33,990 bases of DNA from an uncultured Atopobiaceae bacterium (GTDB lineage: Bacteria; Actinomycetota; Coriobacteriia; Coriobacteriales; Atopobiaceae), in assembly GCA_947303905.1 (NCBI GenBank), contig CAMYZR010000001.1, forward strand, positions 1 through 33,990, given 5' to 3'. Below the pieces are notes generated by a model. The model did not search any database, was not told where the DNA came from, and saw only the letters and a program-made list of their open reading frames with translations. The first letter of the stretch is position 1. Each line of letters opens with the position of its first letter. Shown piece by piece: positions 16,050-22,701 of the stretch. A program made the position numbers and the translations under genes.

Positions 16050-18236
16050 ATGGCCTTTTTTGGGCTGAAATCGCAGATTGAGATGCGCAAGGAGCTCGAT
16101 GCCGACCTGCTTGAGCGCTCGTATGCGGAGCTTGCCGCAAGTGTGGGCGGCATGCGCAACTCGCCCAGCTTCAGGTCGGATGACCTCGAGCTGGTGGATG
16201 GTGCCGTGCGCACGTGCCTGCGCTACTGCGGGGTGACTCCTGGGACGGCTCCCGACAGCCTGACTGACCTCGAGGCGCGGATGGAATGGCTCTGCCGTCC
16301 CTCGGGCACCATGCACCGCTCGGTGCGACTCGATGGCGATTGGTATCACGATGCCTTTGGCGTCATGTTGGCGCGCCTCGACACGGGCGAGCCCATCGCG
16401 CTGCTTCCACACACGTCGGGTGGCTACTTCTATCACGATCCCACCACGGGGCGGCGCTGCAAGGTCAACGCGAGTGCGGCCTCCCACATCGAGCCCGATG
16501 CCACCTACTTCTATCGCGCGTTTCCGCTGGAGAAGCTGAGCGTCAACAGCCTCTTCCTCTACATCATGCGCGTGCTCGACCGCAGCGACTACCTCTTCGT
16601 CGTGGCGGTCGCGGCCGTCTCCACCCTGGTCGGCCTCCTGCCGGCCTGGGCGAACAACCTTGCCTTTGGTACGGTCGTGCCGAGCGGCCAGGCCAACCTC
16701 ATCGCCCCGATCGGCATGCTTCTGTTGGGCGTTGCCTTGTCGAGCACCCTGTTTGGCATCTCGCGCACCTTGGTGATGGGTCGCGTGTCCACCAAGCTCC
16801 GGACTGCGACCGAGGCGGCCACCTTCTCGCGCATCCTCTTGCTGCCGACCTCCTTCTTCAAGGAGTACGCGTCGGGCAACCTGGCGACCCGAGTCTCGCA
16901 GGTGACGACGCTCGTCGACCTGCTCACCTCGCTTGTGTTGGGCACCGGCCTCACGAGCGTGCTCTCGCTGGTGTACATCGGCCAGATCGCGCTGTATGCG
17001 CCTGTGCTTGCGGTGCCCGCGCTGGTGGTTGCGGTGCTGCAGGCGCTGCTCTCCGTCTTGGTGACGGTCATATCCGCCAAGCGGCAGCAACAGGCAGTGC
17101 AGGCGTCCACACGCCTCTCGGGTCTGGTGACGGCGCTTCTCAATGGCATCCAGAAGATCAAGCTTGCAGGAGCGGAGGACCGTGCCTTTTCCAAGTGGGC
17201 CCACGAGTACGCGGGCTTCGCCCGTGCCACCTACAATCGTCCCACCATCGAGCGCGCGCTGCCTGCCTTCATCTCGCTCATCAGCATGCTGGGCTCTATT
17301 GTCATCTTCTACCTCGCCGGAACCTCAGAGGTGAGCGTGGCCGACTACATGGCCTTTAGCGTGGCCTTTGGCCAAGTGACCGGTTCGCTCATGGCGCTTT
17401 CCGGCACCGTGAGCCAGATTGCCCAGATCGGGCCCACGCTCGATGTCGTCAGGCCCATCCTCGAGACGTTGCCCGAGATTGGGGAGGACAAGCCCAGCGT
17501 GGAGAGGCTCAGCGGGGCCATCTCGGTGTCGGGCGTGTCGTTCCGCTACGACGACAGGTCGCCTTACGTGCTCAGGGACCTCTCCTTCGACATCCGTCCG
17601 GGCGAGTACGTTGCCATCGTCGGCAAGAGCGGGTGTGGCAAGTCGACCATCGTCCGCCTGCTCTTGGGCTTCGAGAAGCCCGAGCGCGGGAGCATCTTCT
17701 ACGGTCGTTACGATGTCAGCAAGGTAGACCTCAGGAGCCTCAGACAGTCGATTGGCTCGGTTATGCAGGATGGCCGGCTCTTCTTGGGCGACATCTCGTC
17801 CAACATCACGATTGCGGCGCCGAGCGCGACGCTCGATGATGCATGGCGGGCGGCGGAGATCGCGGGAATCGCTGATGACATCCGCCAGATGCCGATGGGC
17901 ATGCAGACGATCCTGAGCGAGGGCTCGGGTGGCGTATCGGGCGGGCAGCGTCAGCGCATCATGATCGCGCGTGCCGTGTGTGGCGACCGCCGTATCCTCA
18001 TGCTTGACGAGGCGACGAGTGCCCTGGACAACATCACCCAGAAGCATGTGTCCGACTCCCTCGCGCAGCTCAAGTGCACGCGCGTGGTTGTGGCCCATCG
18101 CCTGTCGACCGTGCGTCATTGCGACCGCATCCTCGTGGTGGATGACGGGCACATCGCCGAAGAGGGCAGCTACGACGAGCTCATCGCCCGTGACGGCCTC
18201 TTTGCCGACCTGGTGAGGCGCCAGCGTCTGGAGTAG
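16050..18236 (+). CDS. Second peptide-export ABC transporter permease/ATPase with a degenerate, non-catalytic N-terminal domain (NHLP-type ABC2)
   Basis: The N-terminal ~170 aa lack the C39 Cys/His context. TM region follows. ATPase motifs: Walker A GKSGCGKST, signature VSGGQRQR, Walker B MLDEATSALD. The start is taken at M18 (16050), after GGGAAGG. Confidence 0.85.
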   Translation: MAFFGLKSQIEMRKELDADLLERSYAELAASVGGMRNSPSFRSDDLELVDGAVRTCLRYCGVTPGTAPDSLTDLEARMEWLCRPSGTMHRSVRLDGDWYHDAFGVMLARLDTGEPIALLPHTSGGYFYHDPTTGRRCKVNASAASHIEPDATYFYRAFPLEKLSVNSLFLYIMRVLDRSDYLFVVAVAAVSTLVGLLPAWANNLAFGTVVPSGQANLIAPIGMLLLGVALSSTLFGISRTLVMGRVSTKLRTATEAATFSRILLLPTSFFKEYASGNLATRVSQVTTLVDLLTSLVLGTGLTSVLSLVYIGQIALYAPVLAVPALVVAVLQALLSVLVTVISAKRQQQAVQASTRLSGLVTALLNGIQKIKLAGAEDRAFSKWAHEYAGFARATYNRPTIERALPAFISLISMLGSIVIFYLAGTSEVSVADYMAFSVAFGQVTGSLMALSGTVSQIAQIGPTLDVVRPILETLPEIGEDKPSVERLSGAISVSGVSFRYDDRSPYVLRDLSFDIRPGEYVAIVGKSGCGKSTIVRLLLGFEKPERGSIFYGRYDVSKVDLRSLRQSIGSVMQDGRLFLGDISSNITIAAPSATLDDAWRAAEIAGIADDIRQMPMGMQTILSEGSGGVSGGQRQRIMIARAVCGDRRILMLDEATSALDNITQKHVSDSLAQLKCTRVVVAHRLSTVRHCDRILVVDDGHIAEEGSYDELIARDGLFADLVRRQRLE

Positions 18237-18275
18237 GCGGTTATTGGGTGGCCATGGTTTACCGTGGCAATTGCG

Positions 18276-18320
18276 AGAAAAACGGGCGGACGCATCCGGT
18301 TGTGGATGCGCCCGCCCGTT
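18276..18320. terminator. Strong hairpin between convergent genes; works as an intrinsic terminator mainly for the minus-strand membrane-protein gene
   Basis: A 17-bp stem with one mismatch, AACGGGCGGACGCATCC (18281-18297) / GGATGCGCCCGCCCGTT (18304-18320). On the minus strand it is followed by TTTTT. The U-tract on the plus strand is weak. Confidence 0.7.
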
Positions 18321-18344
18321 GCGTTGCTCTATGCGAACTGTCGG

Positions 18345-18992
18345 TTAGAGGGCGAGAGCGTTGCGGGAATGGTTCAGGAAGCCGAGGTACAGGAAGTACA
18401 TGACCACGCTGAACATGAGACCGGCGAACGAGAGGATGAGGGCGAAGGTTCCCTGCGGAAGCATGCGGGCGATCTGCTCGAAGATCTGCGCGCCGACGAG
18501 CAGCCACAGGATCTGGTTGCCGCGGTTGACGAGGTCGTTGCGTCCGATGCGGGTCATGAGCTTGCTAATGCCACCAACTGTGAAGATCGTGACGAACAGG
18601 GATGCAAGCGTGCTGAGAAGCTCGAAGAAGCTGCCTAGAAGGTTGGACTCGCCGTTCACGCTCTGGATGACGCTGGCGATGATTGCCAGGGCAAGTGCTG
18701 CGATGCTGGAGATGAAGGCGGCGCGCAACTGGGTGGGCTCGTCCTTGCTTGCCTCGTTGAGGCCGATGATCGAGAGAATGAGGCTGATCATCGGCAGGAT
18801 AATCCCGGGCAGCATGCTCAGAAAGGCTCCCAGTGCAAGGCTGCTGGTGACGGCGGCCTCGACTTGGCCCTCGCTCTTCATGCCGAAAAAGCCTACGGCG
18901 ACGCCGATTGCCAAGAGAACAACTCCGATGAGCTGGAGAAGCTCTGCCAGGTAGATCTTGCCGATGCCCTTGTACGCGTTCGGGAATTTCAT
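18345..18992 (-). CDS. Hypothetical polytopic membrane protein (215 aa, about 6 TM segments)
   Basis: Hydrophobic segments include LLQLIGVVLLAIGVAVGFF, LGAFLSMLPGIILPMISLILSII, FISSIAALALAIIASVI, LASLFVTIFTVGGI, ILWLLVGAQIF and FALILSFAGLMFSVVMYFLYLGF. The SD GGAGGAA precedes the ATG. I recognise no family motif (no CPBP EExxxR/H motifs). By eye its GC is lower than its neighbours'. Confidence 0.6.
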   Translation of the reverse strand: MKFPNAYKGIGKIYLAELLQLIGVVLLAIGVAVGFFGMKSEGQVEAAVTSSLALGAFLSMLPGIILPMISLILSIIGLNEASKDEPTQLRAAFISSIAALALAIIASVIQSVNGESNLLGSFFELLSTLASLFVTIFTVGGISKLMTRIGRNDLVNRGNQILWLLVGAQIFEQIARMLPQGTFALILSFAGLMFSVVMYFLYLGFLNHSRNALAL

Positions 18993-19316
18993 AGGTGTTC
19001 CTCCTCTTTGTTGGCGCCATCAAGCTGTGATGGCTCCGTGCCCGTTTAGACGTCGAACTTAATACACAACTGCGGGCGTGTTGTCTCAAGATAGTCAGTT
19101 TTTTCTGAAAGCAGGATTGTTAATGGCTGATGGCAATTACTTTTGATTGGCCTTGGCGTGCCATTTGGACATTTCTCCTGCCTTTGTGGTACCAGATGCC
19201 CGACCGGCGGGAAAACTCTCGTCGAGTCGCATAAAATAGAGAAAAGTTTGAGACAGACTGCGAGCGCCGGCAGTACTAACGGGCAAAGAAAGAAACTCCG
19301 GCGTAAGGGGATGGAC

Positions 19317-19526
19317 ATGAACGACAAGATGATCGAGCGCGTACTGTCGAGAGACTATTCGGTTGGCAAGCAGGCCTTCAAGGAGAATCTCCTGCAGCGT
19401 TGCCTGGCCGAGCTGGATCAGGGTGATCAGGGGATGGAGCTTGCGGACGACGAGCTCGACATGCTGGCTGCGGCAGGCGTCCCCTTCCTGGATGAGAATC
19501 CGTTCAATCCGCTCAAGAGGCCGTAG
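19317..19526 (+). CDS. 69-aa candidate exported-peptide precursor with a double-glycine-type leader; predicted core (G)VPFLDENPFNPLKRP
   Basis: Sequence: MNDKMIERVLSRDYSVGKQAFKENLLQRCLAELDQGDQGMELADDELDMLAAAG-VPFLDENPFNPLKRP. The segment ELADDELDMLAAAG aligns to the GG-leader consensus (L-12, E-8, L-7, hydrophobic -4, small/small at -2/-1). SD AAGGGGA lies 6 nt before ATG 19317. A strong terminator lies 48 nt downstream. The longer track ORF (from 19143) has no SD support. Confidence 0.55.
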   Translation: MNDKMIERVLSRDYSVGKQAFKENLLQRCLAELDQGDQGMELADDELDMLAAAGVPFLDENPFNPLKRP

Positions 19527-19573
19527 GCCCATAGCCCAAGCCGTCATACAGACGCGATACCGCGTATGCGAAA

Positions 19574-19605
19574 GCGCCTCAGACCATGTGGTCTGAGGCG
19601 CTTTT
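19574..19605. terminator. Intrinsic terminator between the convergent peptide gene and the phosphatase gene
   Basis: A perfect 13-bp palindromic stem, GCGCCTCAGACCA (19574-19586) / TGGTCTGAGGCGC (19589-19601), is followed by TTTT (19602-19605). AAA precedes the stem, giving a weak U-tract for the opposite strand. Confidence 0.8.
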
Positions 19606-19630
19606 CTGTTGCCCGATGTGGGTGAGCCCG

Positions 19631-22255
19631 CTACCAGCTCTTGCTGATGGCGACCACATTCGCGTTGCCGTCGCGCACGTAGCTCATGTCGTCGGTCAGC
19701 TGCTTTGCCATGAAGATGCCCAGGCCGCCGATCATGGTGTCGGCGATGGAGGTGGGCTTGTCCGGGTCGTCCTGGGCAAGCGGGTTGAACGGTGTGCCCC
19801 AGTCGGTGATCTGGACGGTGATGGTGTAGGGGTCGGGACGATAGATGTACTCGACGCGGCAGGTTCCTGGGCTGTCAGAGCCCTCGTAGGCGTAGTTGCA
19901 GACGTTGACGAACAGCTCCTCGATGGCCACGTCAAGCTGGTTCTGCGCGACGATGGGGCAGCGGCGCCTCCCGAGCTCCTCATGGACGAAGGAAAGCACG
20001 TCGTCGAGTTGGTCCAGCGTGGCGTCGACCGTGATGGAACCCCTGACCTCGGGAGCGATCCCGTACTCGAGCGAGAGGATCGTGATGTCGTCGGACTGCT
20101 CAGTCCCGTTTGCCCATGCGTGGACGTCGTCCTTCAACGCATCGGTTATCGCATGCGGGTGCATCTCGGTGTGCCTCATGAGAAACTCCTCAAGCCGCTG
20201 GCCTCCGTATTGCTCTTCCCTGGTGTTGAACGCCTCCGTGACGCCATCGGTGTACAGCAGCAGCTGGTCGCCACGGCTTAGTTTCAGGGTGCTGCTACGG
20301 AACTTGGCCGTGTCGAAGGTGCCCAAGAAGAGTCCTCCGCGCGACTGGAGCCAGTCCCATCTGCCGTTGTGGCGCAGCATCGGCGGGTTGTGCCCGGCGT
20401 TGACGTAGGTGAGCTCGCCCGTCTCGTAGTCGAGCGTGGCAGCCCACACGGTCACGAACATGCCGGCCTCGTTGCCCTGGCAGAGGTGCCAGTTTGCCGT
20501 CTGGATGGCTTCGGCGAGGTCCATGTCGCTGCTCATGTAGTTTGCCAGCTCGGTCTTTGCCGCCATCATGAACAGCGACGCCGGAATGCCCTTGCCGGAT
20601 ACGTCGGCGATGAGGAAGCCGAGCGTGTGGTCGTCCAGAAGGAAGAAGTCGTAGAAGTCTCCGCCCACCTCGCGCGCCGGTGACATGCTGGCGTAGATGT
20701 CAAAGGCGTCGACCTCGGGGAAGGGCGGGAAGGTCTGAGGCAGGGCACTCTCCTGGATGGAGCGCGCCGTGCTGAGGTCGCGGTCGATGCGCCCAGCCTC
20801 CTCGGCAATGGCGTTCTTGAGCGCGGAGACGGTGGCGTTGATGCCGGAGGACAGGCTCACGAACTCCACCGAGTCCTTCACGCTCACGCGTTGGTCGAGG
20901 TCGCCCTGGGTGATGAGCTTGAGCGTCGCGTTGGTCTCGTCGATGCCGCGTACGACCACGTTCTTGAGCAGGAGCATCGCCTGGACGTACACGGTCGTGA
21001 ACAGCGCGATGAACACGAGGGAGAACGCGATCATCATGCGGCTTCTCCAGGCAAAGACCTCGGTTGCGGGAAGGGCGGCCATCACCTGGTAGTTGCCCGA
21101 CTTGCTCATGCGCATGTAGCCAACTTGGGTCGCGCGCAGGTATTCCAGCTTCGAGCCACCCATATACCAGCGAGTGACCATCGGGCGGTCGTAGATGCTC
21201 TCATCGAAGCCGTCCTGCAGGCCACTGCCCACGACCTCCTCGAAGGATTGTCCCAAGAAGGACTCCTCGCTTGACGAGACGATGGTCCCGTTCTCAGCGA
21301 TGACGGATACGCCGTGCTTGCCGAGGGGCAGTCCCGTGGCGATGCCGCCTATCGTGCTCTCGTGCAGCTCCTCGATCCGGGCGTTGGTGAACTGCGAGCG
21401 GCGTGCGATGCCCTCGAGCATCTGGTCGCTGCGCTCGAGCTGTCCGGCGAGGTAGTCGATCTGGCCCTTGATCTGGTTGTTCGCGCTCACGAGGCACGAG
21501 CTGCTGATGAAGGTGTAGCCCAGCGCCGCCGTGATCAGGTATGCCATGGAGACAACCACAGCCAGCCATCCCTGGAAGGTGGCGCGCAGGGTGTGCTCGC
21601 CCTTGAGCGCGTCGATGTTGCGGTCGAGGGCGCCTGCGGTGGTGGACAGGGCCATCATCAGGATGAAGTCGGCCACGATCTGCGAGACGACCTCGCGATT
21701 GCCGGTGAAGTCGCTGAGCAGGTCACCGGGGACGGAGAGGTTGAGCAGGTCGTTGATGGCGTTGACTGAAACCGAGAACACGAACGTGAACAGCACCGAC
21801 CCGACCAGGCAGGCACTGGCCAAAACGAGCAGGCCTTGCAGGTCGCCTCGCTCGTTGCGCCTGCGGTCGGCTATCGCGAAGAGCACGCCCATCACGGCGC
21901 CGATGAGCGCGAACAGGAACACCGAGTTGGTTGGTGCCGCGAAGTATGCCTCGTAGGCATCGAGGGGAAGCAACGTGGCATGGAGCATCTCGGCAAGTCC
22001 TGCGACGAATCCGATGATGGTGCCAGCCAAGGTGCCAAACAGGAGCGATCCTGCGGTGATGGGGGCCAAAACAGCGATGACGTGGGTGCTTCCGATGACG
22101 AGATAGTTGGTTTGGGTGGCGACCATGGAACAGGACAGGATGATGAGAAACACGACGGAGGTGATGCGCACGCCGCGTGTCGCATCGCCCATGAGCCCCT
22201 TCCATCCCAGAAGGCTGCCTATGCCCCGTTTGTTGGCTTGCGTTGTCGCCGCCAT
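19631..22255 (-). CDS. Membrane sensor fusing a PP2C (SpoIIE/RsbU-type) phosphatase to a C-terminal RsbW/SpoIIAB-like HATPase (anti-sigma kinase) domain. Architecture: multi-TM, periplasmic-type loop domain, TM, HAMP, PP2C, HATPase_c
   Basis: The N-terminus has about 6-7 TM helices. A ~150-aa non-hydrophobic segment lies between TM helices (Cache-like by position). A HAMP-like segment follows (VVRGIDETNATLKLITQGDLDQRV...). PP2C motifs: GGDFYDF, IADVSGKGIPASLFM, YVNAGHNPP, LLLYTDGVTEA, SDDITILSLEY. HATPase_c_2-like tail: AIEELFVNVCNYAY...ITDWGTPFNPL...IGGLGIFMAKQL. The start is taken at M25 (22255), after SD GGGGAG. Confidence 0.8.
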   Translation of the reverse strand: MAATTQANKRGIGSLLGWKGLMGDATRGVRITSVVFLIILSCSMVATQTNYLVIGSTHVIAVLAPITAGSLLFGTLAGTIIGFVAGLAEMLHATLLPLDAYEAYFAAPTNSVFLFALIGAVMGVLFAIADRRRNERGDLQGLLVLASACLVGSVLFTFVFSVSVNAINDLLNLSVPGDLLSDFTGNREVVSQIVADFILMMALSTTAGALDRNIDALKGEHTLRATFQGWLAVVVSMAYLITAALGYTFISSSCLVSANNQIKGQIDYLAGQLERSDQMLEGIARRSQFTNARIEELHESTIGGIATGLPLGKHGVSVIAENGTIVSSSEESFLGQSFEEVVGSGLQDGFDESIYDRPMVTRWYMGGSKLEYLRATQVGYMRMSKSGNYQVMAALPATEVFAWRSRMMIAFSLVFIALFTTVYVQAMLLLKNVVVRGIDETNATLKLITQGDLDQRVSVKDSVEFVSLSSGINATVSALKNAIAEEAGRIDRDLSTARSIQESALPQTFPPFPEVDAFDIYASMSPAREVGGDFYDFFLLDDHTLGFLIADVSGKGIPASLFMMAAKTELANYMSSDMDLAEAIQTANWHLCQGNEAGMFVTVWAATLDYETGELTYVNAGHNPPMLRHNGRWDWLQSRGGLFLGTFDTAKFRSSTLKLSRGDQLLLYTDGVTEAFNTREEQYGGQRLEEFLMRHTEMHPHAITDALKDDVHAWANGTEQSDDITILSLEYGIAPEVRGSITVDATLDQLDDVLSFVHEELGRRRCPIVAQNQLDVAIEELFVNVCNYAYEGSDSPGTCRVEYIYRPDPYTITVQITDWGTPFNPLAQDDPDKPTSIADTMIGGLGIFMAKQLTDDMSYVRDGNANVVAISKSW

Positions 22256-22269
22256 GCTGTCTCCCCGCA

Positions 22270-22295
22270 TATTTGCCTGTGCATAATGGCAAATA
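22270..22295 (-). promoter_or_regulatory. AT-rich inverted repeat TATTTGCC-N10-GGCAAATA just upstream of the phosphatase SD
   Basis: Read directly from the sequence: perfect 8-bp arms at 22270-22277 and 22288-22295. It lies in the 123-nt gap between the STAS gene and the phosphatase gene. It could be an RNA hairpin or a protein operator. Confidence 0.35.
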
Positions 22296-22378
22296 CCTCT
22301 CACGTGAGGAGAGCTCCAACAGAGCATGCCAGACGTGAGAGGATACTTGTCTCGACTTGAGATGAACTGACCTTGTCG

Positions 22379-22681
22379 CTAGCTGACGATGGTCATGACC
22401 TCGGAGAGTCCCGTCATCTCAAACACCTCGGTGACTTCGGCAGTCGGGTGGAGCAGACGGATCGAGCCACCGCGCTGCATAGCGAGCTTCTGGGTGCTGA
22501 CCAGCACGCGCAGGCCAGCGGAGGAGATGTACTCGAGCTCGGAGAGATCGATGTCAAAGTTGACCGCGCCCGTGCCAAGCTGACGTACGGCATCCTCGAG
22601 CTCGGGACTCGTGGCGACGGTGAGCTTGCCCTTGACCGCAATGGCGCCCGTGTTGCCGTCAAGATTGGTGGTGATGTCCAT
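22379..22681 (-). CDS. STAS-domain anti-sigma-factor antagonist (RsbV/SpoIIAA-like)
   Basis: The protein is 100 aa. It carries the conserved phosphorylatable-serine context DLSELEYISSAGLRVL, and VTEVFEMTGLSEV at the C-terminus. SD AAGGAG lies 6 nt before the ATG. Confidence 0.85.
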   Translation of the reverse strand: MDITTNLDGNTGAIAVKGKLTVATSPELEDAVRQLGTGAVNFDIDLSELEYISSAGLRVLVSTQKLAMQRGGSIRLLHPTAEVTEVFEMTGLSEVMTIVS

Positions 22682-22701
22682 GCTTTGCTCCTTGCTGTCT
22701 C

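Noticed and set aside
19143-19316. The N-terminal extension of the peptide ORF in the track version (127 aa, starting MIGLGVPFGHF...)
   Set aside because: It starts at a non-ATG codon with no SD and runs through the AT-rich promoter-like region. The SD AAGGGGA is positioned for ATG 19317. The extended versions 3988-4161 (gatD), 8708-9025, 9472-9576, 12014-12145, 13724-13840, 15999-16049 and 31187-31489 were trimmed on the same reasoning.
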